From a virus (Duplodnaviria; Caudoviricetes), in the IMG/VR virus record IMGVR_UViG_3300030330_004154, positions 33,556 through 97,555 of that record: a DNA stretch of 64,000 nucleotides. One strand, given 5' to 3'. A model generated the notes under the pieces. That model did no database searches and was not told where the DNA came from. It was given only the letters and a program-made list of their open reading frames with translations. Positions 1 to 12,000 of this stretch are shown here, in pieces. Numbering within the stretch: position 1 is the stretch's first letter; each line of letters begins with the position of its first letter. A program made the translations under genes and the position numbers.

Positions 1-568
1 TAATATCCTTAATAAACTGCTTAGAGGCATTATCTATTTCTTTTTCTGGATCAAAGCCAACAATATTATAATAATCATTAAGGGCTATCAAGTCAGCAGC
101 ATAAACACCTTGTGTAATAAAGTTATCAAAAAGTTTAGTTATTCTATTAAACGTTTTAGCTTTTACATCATTTATTTGTAAATCACTAAAGCTGTAGTTG
201 TCTTTTTCTTCTGCGGAGGCGTCGGGATTGTCGTTATAGTATTCCCAAGCTGGGGCATCACCGCCAGCCAAATCTTCTTTTATGGTGTACTTTTCGTATT
301 TACCTACATTACGACCTTGAAATCTCCAAGCGTTTATAATATAATTACCACCGTATATTCTATCATGACCCAAAACAGTTTCTAGGTCGTTAGGTTGTGC
401 GTCTCTAAAAACCTGTTGATTTGCATACTTGCCACTACCATCCTTAAAATGCCACCATTCTATAAACTGAGGTAGTGTAAACGAACCCATCCCTGCGTCA
501 ATCATCAACGGATGGTCACACGTAATCAAGTGGTATTCTGTTCTTGTGTCTTTATTAAATATTGGCAT
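1..568 (-). CDS. hypothetical protein, partial (runs off the left edge)
   Basis: ATG at 568, 1 nt after the stop of the 1801-aa ORF, with AGGAG upstream. The frame MPIFNKDTRTEYHLITCDHP... is open to the window edge; not in the ORF track because it is truncated. Confidence 0.75.
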   Translation of the reverse strand, partial: MPIFNKDTRTEYHLITCDHPLMIDAGMGSFTLPQFIEWWHFKDGSGKYANQQVFRDAQPNDLETVLGHDRIYGGNYIINAWRFQGRNVGKYEKYTIKEDLAGGDAPAWEYYNDNPDASAEEKDNYSFSDLQINDVKAKTFNRITKLFDNFITQGVYAADLIALNDYYNIVGFDPEKEIDNASKQFIKDI

Positions 569-569
569 C

Positions 570-3500
570 CTATTCTCCTGAATCTAAAAATGTTCCTTGT
601 GAACTCTGCGGCGTCTGTGTAATTTCCTGAACTTCATTTCTAACCTCATTAGAAGGATCACCCCCGGATTGCAGCGATTTGATAACCGTAGAAACGGTAG
701 AACCTATAGGCGAATTTGAAATGTAAGTTACAACCTCTCCAGCAGTTTTTTCTATGTAGTTTTGCGCTTGCACTCTTCTTATGTCGTTATTATTTGGGAA
801 TATAGATGTAAATTCTTCAAAAGTAGATGCATCAACTTCTCTAACATTTCTCAAAAATTCACCGGTTTTAGTGTCAACGCTATTGGTCATAAACTTGACA
901 TTGTTTTTGAATTTACCTTTTTGCATTGAGCTATATTCTTCTGGATCTACTTTTGCTGCATTTATCAACGCCCTGCCGCCATTCTTTAGAACATTCCCAT
1001 AAAGATCCATATTGGCTTGGCCTTTACCAAGACCTCTTCTTATAGCCGCATTGTTTTGATCTATAATCTTTTGGCGCTCTCTGGCAACTTGCGAGATAGC
1101 CATTTCCTTTTGCTTCTGTAGTTTACCAAATCTTGAAGTATACAAATCCATTTTTACAGTCGTCTTGAGACCGTTAGTGCCAACGTCAACGCCAATAGAG
1201 GTAACAAGCGGCCCTTCATCTTGCAAATGTTTAGCTAATCCAATTCCACTTGGGTAGTCTGCAAAAACAAATCCACCCCGCTCACTAAACAGTAACAAGC
1301 TATTTGAAAGCTGCGCCTTTAATGCTCCAGCTTCATTTAAAAGTTGATATCCAGCAAAATTCCAAGGTGCAAGATTTTCGTCTTTTACAAACTCAACTCT
1401 ACCGCCAATGTCGGCATATCTAATTCTAGGGTCTGCATCAGCATTTAAAACGTTTGTAGATTGCCAAGGGCCATAACATCTCTCCATAGACATCAAAGGC
1501 AAAGCAAAAATGTCTGGATATACTGGTGAAGGTGAAGTATAGTTAATTTTGTTTTCAGCTAACGACAAACCACGCAATATTTTTTGTTGTTCCTTTTGCG
1601 CCCTTGTCACAGTTTCATATGTAATATCTTTAAGAGAAGTAGAATTACAATCTATATCTTCTGGTTTGTTAACTTTTGGTGGAGGTAGAATAAAGTCAGG
1701 ATGTCTAACAACATCTTGCGTCATAATATTTTTTAACTTCACGGGTTCATATGACTGGGCTACACTTTCGCAAAATCTTTTTTCTGCAACGGGTAGAACT
1801 TTGCCGGGAAGTGTCACAAGAGCGTAAACATTTTCGGGGTCTAAAAGTTGCTTTTCTGTTATAACCAACCATGAGTCTGTAAACCTGTCGTACCTTCTTG
1901 CAAATGTAATCAAACCATCGTCATCGCTAAAGGGATTTTGGGCAAGCTTGACTGCACCCGGAGAGCCAGCAACATTAGTTGGGGCGACTATCGGTATGCC
2001 ACTTAAATATTGTACACCCGTTTCTCTTAGCAAAATAACGTCTTCATAGCCCTCGCCAAGCCTTTGAGATGGGCTTCTAAGAATTTCTTTTAATTTCCAG
2101 TTTAGTCCATATTTTTCCAAGACACTAACTACTGCTGGAAACTTTACAGTTGCTTCAAACTCTTCGTATAAAGGTTGTGTCGGATAATTCCAAACAACAT
2201 CTCTTCCGTTTGCGCCGGATCTGTTAACACCAAATACAGGAGATATTTTAGGTGGTATTCCAGATGCGGTTAAACAACCAGATGGATCTCTAACTTGCAC
2301 TATGGTTGGCGGCTCCATTGCTACATTTACAGTATAATCGGATGCCCATATATGAGTTGGAGCCTTTACGACTTTGGGTGTCATATAAAACTCTTCATCT
2401 ATATTACATTTTACGTAAGCAACAGATTCGTATTTTTTAGTATCAGCTTTTCTTTTAAGCCTGTCGTCCATAGAATCTAATGAAGTCAAATCATTAAATG
2501 ACTCATTAAGAAAATCTCTTGGATCTACTTCAACGTTGTCTAAACTTTCTGAAACATCAGCAACGAACATTCTAGACTTATTTTTATCTCTGTACTGCTG
2601 AACATAACTATCTGAAGGAACTTGCGTAAAATCATAATATTGACTATTGTCAAACCTTACATAAGCACTTACTCTACTGGTTCCTACTAATAGATTGTTT
2701 AGATCTACAGGAACCAAGCCTTGCTCAACCGCTCTAGGAAGTTCAGATGGGTTGTCTTCAACGTGACGACTCTCAGAAAGTGACATGTTTTGATCGTACA
2801 GTGCATAATTAAAAAATCCACCTTGAGGTTCTGGTTTGTAATTAAAGTCCCACTGCTCTGCGACTGGATTCCAGTTACATTTTAATGCACCGTAAGTGTA
2901 TGCTTTTTTAGCAGTGTATGGCTTCAATGTTTTAGGATTTATAGCAACGTACTCTTGTTTAAGCCTAGCGTAATCAATGTAATGATTATGTTTTTCTTGA
3001 AACGGATTTAGATTAAGCGCCGCTCTTAAATAAGATATTTCCAAATCAAAAAAGGCAGAGTTAACATAAGAAGCATCAGAATTTATTGGTAACGGCCTAA
3101 ACCCAAAAGGTCCAGTTGCAAAGTTCTGTGTAAAATCTGGATAATAGGTTATTTGTTCGTTGTAATTAACATTACAAGCCTTTGGTATTTTTACTAAGAA
3201 TTTCTTCCCTAGACACTCATCTGCTATCTTTTTCAAGAATGCATGAATTTTTTCTGCGTTCTTCTTTTGCTTTTTTGCTATCTGAGAAATTGTCTTTGTT
3301 AGTGGAACTCCATCTCTTGTGCTTTTAGATACAGCAAGAATACCTTGTTGGTATGAGCGAAATCCAGCAGCTTCTTCTTCATAAATTTTTTGAAGTCTAG
3401 CAAAGTCTTCTCTAACTGAATTTTTATAATCTTCATAAGCACGACTTACATCGGCGTTATCATTGTATTTTGATATACCGTCAAGACTATTTAAAATAGT

Positions 3501-5975
3501 ATTCATTCTTGAATAAGCTTCATCTTTATTATCAAAGAAATATTTTGCTCTATCGTCAGCAAGTTCTGAAGCCTTTTCGTAATTAGACATGACTTGAGTA
3601 ATAGCACCTTGTATAGAAACAAGACCGGCTTCAGGTATGCCCATCTTTTCTGCTCTTTTATAGTAAAGAGGATATCCATACGGAGGATTACATGGACTTG
3701 CTGGAAGTCCGTCGTCGCCCATCCAGCTTTTTTCAGAGTCCCAAAGGCATCTAGGAACAGAAACGGCGTAATCTCCACTTGCAAGCGCATCAAATTGACG
3801 ACTTATTTCTATATTTGTTGCAGCATCTTTTATTTCTGTAACTTTGTCTACAATAGTATCATTTTTCAAGCTTCTCCACATGGTTTGATTTTCTGCCATT
3901 TCTTGCAGATAAACTTCGTCGTACTGCAAAATGAAATCTCGCCACTGCTCATAAGACACAGCAGCGTGTCTTAACTCTAACTCTGTAGCAACGTAGTAAT
4001 TACCAACGCCATGAGCATTTAAGCTTTGAGTGTCAATAAGAATTTGCTTGTATGGACCAAAGCCTTTTGGTATACTAACAGCCTTTTCTGTTCCAAGAAA
4101 TCCGTAAAAAGGTAAAATCTGTTGGCTAAGAGATGTTTGAAGTTCCCACTGACTCTGTTGTAGATAGTCAAAATGATTATTTAGACCATCTTTAAGTCTT
4201 CTAAGCTGTAGTTCATCTCTGTCTTTATTGTTGTGAAAGTAGTACATTTCAACTTCTTGTGCGCCAACAACAAATTTATCAGTTGTTACATTTGATACCT
4301 CAAATCCAAGATCTTGATTTTCAACGTAAACTTTTCTTTGTTCTAATCCATAAATGTAATCTTTAACAGCGCCATATCTTGGCTGTCTAGTCTTGTCGAT
4401 TCCATCAAGTCTAATGATACCTGCAATTTGATTTTCTGGTTTGTTATTAACCTCAACCTCCCAGCGGTTTCTCCAATAGTATGTACTACATGCTGGGTGG
4501 TTTATAACAGGAAGAAGTGATACAAATAAATCATGGCTTGTTATGTCGCAGATCTCTTGAGCTAGAGACAATATGTCAAGCTGGTCAAAATCCATAAAAT
4601 ACATTTTAGGAATTAAGTTTACTGGTAGCCCCGAAAAGTCTACAGCATAATTGTAACCCCTGAAATTTACAATACCACCAAATCCAGCCTCTCTGTACTC
4701 CCTTGGTAAATAGCCATATTTATTAAAGAGAGAAGCAAGACCCTGCGATATTCTGTACCAAGGCATACCTTTTTCAGACCTACGAGAAAAGCCTTGACCC
4801 GTAATAGGGAAGTCGCTAGCCATCCAACCTAAGTCTGCTATTTGACCAGCGTAGTCAGACAGCGTAAAGTCTACATCATCAGATAAAAAGATAGCGCTAT
4901 TAAATGTGGGAGCAAAAGCGCCAGTATATCTAATTGTTGGGCCAACTATTTTCCCGTCTTTGTCTTTTGGTAAAAATACCTCTGGGTATATCAAAGATGG
5001 TGCATAGTAAGTATCGTCATTTTGATAAACTACTTCCCCTCTAGAGCCAACCCTTTTCTCAAGTATTCGCTTTCTTTCAAAACTACTATCTAAAAATCCT
5101 TGAAGTTCGTCACTAGGGTCATACTCTAAAAATCCATATACATTGATAAGATTTTTGTAGTTGTAAACAGTGCCTTGATAATTATTTAAAAGAACTATAG
5201 CGTTAGATAGTATTTCTCTGGGGTCTGATAGTTTAGCGTTGTAAAGAGGTGCGCCACCATTACCCCTGTTTTCTGTGTAGGTTTGTAAAATACCACCGAA
5301 CGCGAAGTGGTTTTGACCGCGATTTTTAAATCCATAAGAATCATCGTCCATCGCATAGTATTTTGTTCTATCTACAAATACATCTGCGTGATAACCCGAA
5401 TCTGGTGGAACTGGCGAGATTGCGCCAGAGTAAAAAGCATACTCTTTATCAGGTATATTTAATTTACTTAAAACTCCAGACGGATAGTTTGGGTCTTGCC
5501 TTCCCACTCCACTAATTCTTGGTAAGTTAAAATCTACAAAAGTATAAAAACCATAGGTATCGTCAAAAGTTTTTCTAAACGCTTGCTCAACGGTTGCGGG
5601 GTTTTGACCAAACTTAAAGAAAACTGGCGAACCAACAACGGGTGGCTGAAATACATCTTTAGATCCATTGTGATAAACGTCATCCCCAGAACCCAAAAGG
5701 GTTCCGTCAGAATGGTTGTACTCATCCGTCACAAGATCTACAGACAAAGAAGAACTAGTATCGCCAAAACCGGCGTTAAGATTAAAATTTCTAATAGAAG
5801 CACCAAGGAATGTCTGTTGCCAGAATCCACGGTTTTGATCTGTCCAGCCAGCAACAGATAATGAACCGTCTTTACCTTGAGGTAAGACAGGACCATCTAA
5901 ATAATTCTGGTTTCCTAAATCTTCTTTAGTTATGCCAGTATTTGGAATTATACTGTGATTGTATTCATTTGCCAT
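570..5975 (-). CDS. large putative tail-tip/hub structural protein (1801 aa)
   Basis: Long ORF in the cluster downstream of the tape measure; tightly coupled to neighbours; function inferred from position only. Confidence 0.5.
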   Translation of the reverse strand: MANEYNHSIIPNTGITKEDLGNQNYLDGPVLPQGKDGSLSVAGWTDQNRGFWQQTFLGASIRNFNLNAGFGDTSSSLSVDLVTDEYNHSDGTLLGSGDDVYHNGSKDVFQPPVVGSPVFFKFGQNPATVEQAFRKTFDDTYGFYTFVDFNLPRISGVGRQDPNYPSGVLSKLNIPDKEYAFYSGAISPVPPDSGYHADVFVDRTKYYAMDDDSYGFKNRGQNHFAFGGILQTYTENRGNGGAPLYNAKLSDPREILSNAIVLLNNYQGTVYNYKNLINVYGFLEYDPSDELQGFLDSSFERKRILEKRVGSRGEVVYQNDDTYYAPSLIYPEVFLPKDKDGKIVGPTIRYTGAFAPTFNSAIFLSDDVDFTLSDYAGQIADLGWMASDFPITGQGFSRRSEKGMPWYRISQGLASLFNKYGYLPREYREAGFGGIVNFRGYNYAVDFSGLPVNLIPKMYFMDFDQLDILSLAQEICDITSHDLFVSLLPVINHPACSTYYWRNRWEVEVNNKPENQIAGIIRLDGIDKTRQPRYGAVKDYIYGLEQRKVYVENQDLGFEVSNVTTDKFVVGAQEVEMYYFHNNKDRDELQLRRLKDGLNNHFDYLQQSQWELQTSLSQQILPFYGFLGTEKAVSIPKGFGPYKQILIDTQSLNAHGVGNYYVATELELRHAAVSYEQWRDFILQYDEVYLQEMAENQTMWRSLKNDTIVDKVTEIKDAATNIEISRQFDALASGDYAVSVPRCLWDSEKSWMGDDGLPASPCNPPYGYPLYYKRAEKMGIPEAGLVSIQGAITQVMSNYEKASELADDRAKYFFDNKDEAYSRMNTILNSLDGISKYNDNADVSRAYEDYKNSVREDFARLQKIYEEEAAGFRSYQQGILAVSKSTRDGVPLTKTISQIAKKQKKNAEKIHAFLKKIADECLGKKFLVKIPKACNVNYNEQITYYPDFTQNFATGPFGFRPLPINSDASYVNSAFFDLEISYLRAALNLNPFQEKHNHYIDYARLKQEYVAINPKTLKPYTAKKAYTYGALKCNWNPVAEQWDFNYKPEPQGGFFNYALYDQNMSLSESRHVEDNPSELPRAVEQGLVPVDLNNLLVGTSRVSAYVRFDNSQYYDFTQVPSDSYVQQYRDKNKSRMFVADVSESLDNVEVDPRDFLNESFNDLTSLDSMDDRLKRKADTKKYESVAYVKCNIDEEFYMTPKVVKAPTHIWASDYTVNVAMEPPTIVQVRDPSGCLTASGIPPKISPVFGVNRSGANGRDVVWNYPTQPLYEEFEATVKFPAVVSVLEKYGLNWKLKEILRSPSQRLGEGYEDVILLRETGVQYLSGIPIVAPTNVAGSPGAVKLAQNPFSDDDGLITFARRYDRFTDSWLVITEKQLLDPENVYALVTLPGKVLPVAEKRFCESVAQSYEPVKLKNIMTQDVVRHPDFILPPPKVNKPEDIDCNSTSLKDITYETVTRAQKEQQKILRGLSLAENKINYTSPSPVYPDIFALPLMSMERCYGPWQSTNVLNADADPRIRYADIGGRVEFVKDENLAPWNFAGYQLLNEAGALKAQLSNSLLLFSERGGFVFADYPSGIGLAKHLQDEGPLVTSIGVDVGTNGLKTTVKMDLYTSRFGKLQKQKEMAISQVARERQKIIDQNNAAIRRGLGKGQANMDLYGNVLKNGGRALINAAKVDPEEYSSMQKGKFKNNVKFMTNSVDTKTGEFLRNVREVDASTFEEFTSIFPNNNDIRRVQAQNYIEKTAGEVVTYISNSPIGSTVSTVIKSLQSGGDPSNEVRNEVQEITQTPQSSQGTFLDSGE

Positions 5976-5976
5976 C

Positions 5977-7086
5977 TTATAGTCCTAATAGTCCACTAAC
6001 TGCGTTAAATTTTTCTTGTAATTCTTCTTGTGAATTATATTCTTCCTCCTCAGATTCTGTGTCGTCCCTATCAATTTGCGGAAATGGAGGAACCGGAGAA
6101 GCTAGCACATTATGAAAATCACTAGAGGATCTTGATGGAGAATATACATTGTCAAAAATATTTACGCCAGTCCAATTTTGTGACGTTAAATTTCTAAACT
6201 TTCCGGCGCCGTATACACTATATAAATACACGGATCTAGCATTAGAAAGAAAAGGTATTTCGTTTAAGTTAGATAGATCTTGAACAACCTTTTCATGAGT
6301 TCCCTGCTGGAAACCTTTTAATCTGGGTATGTAGTGGATATACGTATAAAATATTTGAAAGTCTTCAAAGCCTTTATCAACCTTGTCGTGATCTGCATTT
6401 GAAAAATGACTATAATAATATCTTCTTGTTTCGTCTTTGTACTGAAGTTTTCTCTTTCTTTTGTCGTACCCAATTGGTATTTCTACAACTTTATCTAATT
6501 TTCTACCAAAATGAAAAATCCCTAACTGATCAACATTTCTACCATCTAGCCACAGTAAATATTTTTTATTCTGATTTATCTTAACCTCTCCAGTATCAAA
6601 ATAAGCTTCATGATCTAGATCATCAAAAAGTATTATAGCAGCAGAATTTCCAGACGGAAAAGTTGGACACGCATAATATATTTCACTATGAATATCTGGT
6701 GAGAAATAAATACCACTAGTATCCCACCAGTGAGCGCTGTATCTATCTGGTCCGTCAGGGCTAGGCCAAACTGTATAATTACCACTAGAAAAATAAAAGT
6801 TACCACGATCTATTCTAACCCCGTTTTCTTCTGGGTCATGGGGATATAAAGCAGGAGCAGAGATGTGACTTTGGTCTTCATCCAGTGCAATATTATAGAA
6901 TCTAGATGGGTCATCAAATCCCTCGCCAGAAGGGAGTAGTTCAGACCCAACTCTTACAGTCCCGCCGTCTACACTAATGACTCTTTCAAGAATCTTTCTC
7001 TGCTCATCTGATAAAGGTAGAATCGGATCTTTGCCGGGGTCATGAAATCCCCACTGATAAAAAGTGCTATTACTAGGCGTCGTCAT
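5977..7086 (-). CDS. hypothetical protein, tail module (369 aa)
   Basis: Overlaps the upstream stop by 4 nt; no recognised motif. Confidence 0.6.
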   Translation of the reverse strand: MTTPSNSTFYQWGFHDPGKDPILPLSDEQRKILERVISVDGGTVRVGSELLPSGEGFDDPSRFYNIALDEDQSHISAPALYPHDPEENGVRIDRGNFYFSSGNYTVWPSPDGPDRYSAHWWDTSGIYFSPDIHSEIYYACPTFPSGNSAAIILFDDLDHEAYFDTGEVKINQNKKYLLWLDGRNVDQLGIFHFGRKLDKVVEIPIGYDKRKRKLQYKDETRRYYYSHFSNADHDKVDKGFEDFQIFYTYIHYIPRLKGFQQGTHEKVVQDLSNLNEIPFLSNARSVYLYSVYGAGKFRNLTSQNWTGVNIFDNVYSPSRSSSDFHNVLASPVPPFPQIDRDDTESEEEEYNSQEELQEKFNAVSGLLGL

Positions 7087-9053
7087 TTATCTAACTCGTA
7101 AGTCCAAGAAATATTAAATGTATAACTTCCGTCTTTTGGGTTCCAGCTTTCTGTGGGCGCATTTATAAAATACTTTCTAATTCCCGGCTCTTTTGCTGGG
7201 CTTAATTCTGCTAACAAATCGGCTATCTGTGTAGCAGTTGGTTCTACGATGCTAGGTTTTTTAAGTAGCAATGGATTTCTTGTTTTCCCGTATGGCAACT
7301 TGGTGTAGTCCACAACCAGACTAATGCTTACATCTCTTTTGTATTCTGTTCTACCGCCAATGTATTGCAGAATAGGTCCAGTTGGACGACCTATAACCGG
7401 AATCACAGCAAATACGTCTCCGGGGTATGTATCGTTTACATTTATTTGTTCAGACAAAACTCCAGATATAATATTTGTAGGTCTATTGTCAAAAGCTAGG
7501 CTGTAAGTTATTTCGCCTGTAAATTCATTAGTCCCTAAAGTTATAGAGTTAGGAGAAGAATTTAACTCAACAGAAACTAAATTGTTTGCTCTTTTATAAA
7601 TATCTGATATAAATCCATACTTGCCAGAGTTAGATATTTGATTATATTTTAACTGTGCATTTTCAAATCCAGTTCTAACGCCGAAGTTTTTAGAATTTGA
7701 ATCATTCCTCTCTTGTATATGATATCCGCTAGGAGTGTACTCGCTAAGACCCCTCACAGAACCATCAATAGAAACGCTAACAAATGGAGTGCTTAGACTT
7801 GAGTTGATAGACGCAGACCAATTTTCAAGCGCATTGCCACTCGCCATAACCCAAGTTTCAGTCGCGGTGTAAGTTCCTCCAGCCATGTCAACACTTTCCG
7901 TTATGACATGATTATATCCTTTGTATGCATTTACAAGCGATACTGTACCTTTTCCAATCTGACCAAATACATTTGGATATGCTCCACTTGCATTTCCATA
8001 ATTTAGCCTTTCTTGAACAAATTTTTTGGCTTGAACCCAAGCGGGCATAGTTCCATCTTCTACTCCCGGTATCAAGTTGCCATTAGAATCTTTATACTGG
8101 TCTGAATTTAAATCAATTCCAGCATTTGGGTCAAAGTAGTGCTTTTTACCCACGGCGCTAATTGTATGACTAATACGGTAAGTTCTAGGCAAGAAAACAT
8201 CTTGGTTAGGATTTACTTGTTTGTCATACCTCTCGGTTTGACCTTCATCAACCTCTAAAGACCAATCTTCACTATAATCTTGAATAAATCTAGCGTTAAA
8301 TTGTTCTATTAATTTCTTTTCTGTAATACCTTGCGCACTATCATAAACATCAAAAATTTCTTTATCAGAAGGTGGGCCGGTCAAGCCGTCTCTCGTTTCA
8401 CCAACTCCAAGTTCTCCACTAGCACCAACTACATATAAACCTTCTACATCTGGTGTTAGATTTGCATCATTATCACCTTTTGGGTAAAGAAGCATGTCGG
8501 CTTCAAGTGAGATAGTGTAACCACAAGTGTTTATATAGATACCTTCTTCAAAATTTATATCAAGAACTCTAGGGTAACAAACTATAACGGCTCTATCACC
8601 ATCAATATCAGATATTTCTAATCGCTGTCCGTCTTGGGCGAACAAACCTCTCAAAACTCTTTGTTTTGATAAAATTGCAGTGGCTCTATCTCTAAGATGA
8701 ACCTGCTGCTCTGGCGGCCTACTGTCCACCATTCCGTCACTTGGAAGATTTGTAGAGCGGTGGCTAACATCCGTGTCAAACTGACCATATGGCCCCTTTT
8801 TGTTTGGTTCAGTTACCCCGCTGGTAAATTCTATTCTGTTCCCAAAGGCGTTGCCTAGTGAAGCCACATTATCTACGGTATAAGGAGATCCTTCATCTGC
8901 CAGTATAGTTCCAGTTAGATTTATAGAGTAATTAACACCAAACGGATCTCCAGCCGCATTTTTCAACACATTAGTACTAATAGACACAAACGGGGTTGGT
9001 CTAATTGTACACTCTTGCGCTGGATCGTTCTTGTATCTTATTCTAATCGGCAT
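7083..9053 (-). CDS. putative tail/baseplate structural protein (656 aa)
   Basis: Beta-strand-like patterns (YSINLTGTI, YTISLEA, YTFNISWTY); position in the tail-tip cluster. Confidence 0.5.
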   Translation of the reverse strand: MPIRIRYKNDPAQECTIRPTPFVSISTNVLKNAAGDPFGVNYSINLTGTILADEGSPYTVDNVASLGNAFGNRIEFTSGVTEPNKKGPYGQFDTDVSHRSTNLPSDGMVDSRPPEQQVHLRDRATAILSKQRVLRGLFAQDGQRLEISDIDGDRAVIVCYPRVLDINFEEGIYINTCGYTISLEADMLLYPKGDNDANLTPDVEGLYVVGASGELGVGETRDGLTGPPSDKEIFDVYDSAQGITEKKLIEQFNARFIQDYSEDWSLEVDEGQTERYDKQVNPNQDVFLPRTYRISHTISAVGKKHYFDPNAGIDLNSDQYKDSNGNLIPGVEDGTMPAWVQAKKFVQERLNYGNASGAYPNVFGQIGKGTVSLVNAYKGYNHVITESVDMAGGTYTATETWVMASGNALENWSASINSSLSTPFVSVSIDGSVRGLSEYTPSGYHIQERNDSNSKNFGVRTGFENAQLKYNQISNSGKYGFISDIYKRANNLVSVELNSSPNSITLGTNEFTGEITYSLAFDNRPTNIISGVLSEQINVNDTYPGDVFAVIPVIGRPTGPILQYIGGRTEYKRDVSISLVVDYTKLPYGKTRNPLLLKKPSIVEPTATQIADLLAELSPAKEPGIRKYFINAPTESWNPKDGSYTFNISWTYELDK

Positions 9054-12000
9054 TATTTACCCCTAATTCGTAAATCTAACGAAGCGCTATTTACTCCTGA
9101 CACTCCAGATACAAACAAGTCCATTTCACCAGAATTAAAGAACCTGTTTCCAGAAACGTAAAAATCAATGTCTCCACTGGCGTAATCTCTATTTCCAGAA
9201 GTATATAACTCTATATTATTATACACATATCCACCATCTGTGTCTTTTATAAACAATGGCATATCTTGCTGCCCAGATCCCGGAACTGCCTTTATAACCA
9301 TATTAATACTATTATCAATAGGAATTCCACTTATAGGTGTTCCAATGACATATTTTACAAAAGGTCTGTGGATGGTAAACCCTTTTGTGGCTGAATCAAA
9401 TCCAGAACCTTCTAGGTAAATCTCTCCAAATCTGTTTGCAACAACCACTCCAGAAGCTTTATAAGTAATAGGATCTCCAGAAACGGGCTGTTCAACAATC
9501 AAGGATACATTTCTTGAGTTTTCTGGACCAAACACTCTAGCAAATATGTAACCGCTTTCAGTTGGAATAACTGCTGGTTGCTCTCTTAACATTGCGTCGT
9601 AAGTAAATGCCGCTCCAGCGTTTTTCAAAAATCCTGTTGTATGATTGCCACTGGTAGGGTAGTCATGATTGATAGCTCCACCCACCAGCGTGTAGTCACT
9701 ATCTCCACGGAATGACCTGTGCATAGCAACAGACACCCCAAACTTGTCATTCTCAGTTCCAGATGGATCAGACGCAGTAGAAACAAATCTACCTCTGTGT
9801 TGTTGCTTATTTAACTTTTCAGCAAAAACAACCGTTTTAGATCTATCACCAAAATTTGTTAAATCATGCCTGTAGGTATATACGGCGCCATCATTTAGAA
9901 CTGGATTGCCACTTGACTCTGGGTACAAGTGGGCTGGAATGTCAAACTCTGCTGTAAATTCTTTTCTAAGAAACGCTGAAGTGCCATCGTAAACGTGGTT
10001 ATGTTCAGTTATCCAATCGTGATTTGGCGCACCAATAGCAAACATGTCAGAAGCAACAGAAACAGAGCGTCCAAACTGATCTGTCTGCCTAAAGTCTTCG
10101 TCGTTATGATCTTGACTTCTTTCTGTTCCAATATTTTTTTGACTTTTTATATTAGCAGCACTTAACCCGCCACTAACGCCAACGTTTGCGCTTTCTGGTT
10201 TTAGCTTATCTTTATATTCAAACGGAAGGAATTGAGATTTAGCGTTTGTTCCTTGACCAGTTCTTTCAAAGAAGAAAGCAGCACCAGCGCCGCCGTACTC
10301 GCTAATTTTGTAGCCAGACAGATATGGTGCGCCAGAAACTTCCGTCCAATCCCAAACCTTGTTTGGATCAAATGCATTAAAAGGACAACCTACAATTAGT
10401 TTGCTATCACTAAGGTCAACAGAGTATCCAAACAAATCACCGGGAAATCCAGAAAATGTGTCAATGTAATCTAGGTAGTCTCTACCAGTTAATTTCTGTA
10501 ATACAGTAATACCACCCCGTATGCCTTCGTCTTTAGGGTAATAAATTACATTTATTTCTACCTGCTTACCATCTTCAAAAGCAAACCTTGGAATACCAGC
10601 TTCATCTTTTTGTTCATTAGTAAGTGGGCCAAAACCTCGGAATATTCCACTAAATCTTGGGTGTACACCGTAAGTATTTTCTATCAGATTAACAAAACTA
10701 GCTCTCTCAGATTCAATCTGATCAAAGGGAGGATTTTTCTGTCTGTAAACATTTACTGGAGCAAAATCATCTTCATCGCTTCTATAAAGCGCCTGCTTCC
10801 CGGTTTTTGCTGACACTCCCGGTTTTCCAAATCTTCTTGTTAGTCCTTCTTCGTTTACTAGCGAATAGTATTTAGCTGGACTACCCGCTTCTGGACTTCT
10901 AATTTTTTGCACGTATTCAAACTTTGTTCCAGTTTCAAAATACTCTTCATTTTTTTCAAACTTTTGCTCTTGTTGATTTTCTTGCGGGCTTGGCAAATAA
11001 AGACTTCTTAGAAACTTTTGATTGTCACCAACTGCATTGTCTCTATAATGTGGGCATTTGCCCTGAATAATAGTTGGGTCAGAGATAACAACAATTCTAG
11101 ACCTTCTTTTGCCAGCGCTAAATGACGAAAAGTTTTCTAATTCTTCAGCGGCAACGACTGGCCCATCTTCAATTAACTTTTCCGTAGTAATTGTTTCGCA
11201 ATCTACCAACCCCGGTTCTACATAATTTTCACGACTTCTAGATATTGGCTGAAGAACTCCTGATATAACTATTCGCTGCTCAGGAATAACACTAGAAGGA
11301 GTGCAAGTCACTTCCCATCCGTCATGAACATCTATACATGTTTTTGTTGTTACATGTACAGTTTCATAAGGTATTGGGCATCCAGATATAGAAACAATTC
11401 TAACAGATCTAGGCTCGACAAACACACTGTCTGCGTCTATTTTTTCGTGCTTACTAGCGTCAAAAGCTACCGTCAATTCAGTTCCAGATGTACCAACTTG
11501 AATCCTGTAAGACTTTTGCTTGACGTTGCCAATCTCTGTTTTTGTTAAAGAGTCATGAGCAAAGCTGCCATCCTCAATACTATTGTCAGAGATAACAATA
11601 CCAGTATCTATCTTATCATCGTTAGTTTCAGAAACGTAGTTAACAAAGACTTGATATCCAGAGGTATCTACGACCGGGAATGTAACAGAAGCGCTAGCCT
11701 GCATTGTAAAGAACGCTTGGTCAATAAACTTTTTCTTACGTGCAGTTAGTGACTCCTCGTACTTAATTATTCGACCACTTGGCTCGGTGTCAATAACTGG
11801 GACAATATTAAATTCATTTCTTCTAAATGGATCATTTATATCATCGCGGAATGTTGTTAAGTAATTAATGTATGTATAATCTGAAGGATAATTTTTTAAC
11901 CATGAAAATCCTTGAGGGCATCCACTGACTATTTCATAATCATAGTTTATTGTTTGAGGTGTTTGATCTAAAAGCTGTGCGCTTAAATAATCACTAACCA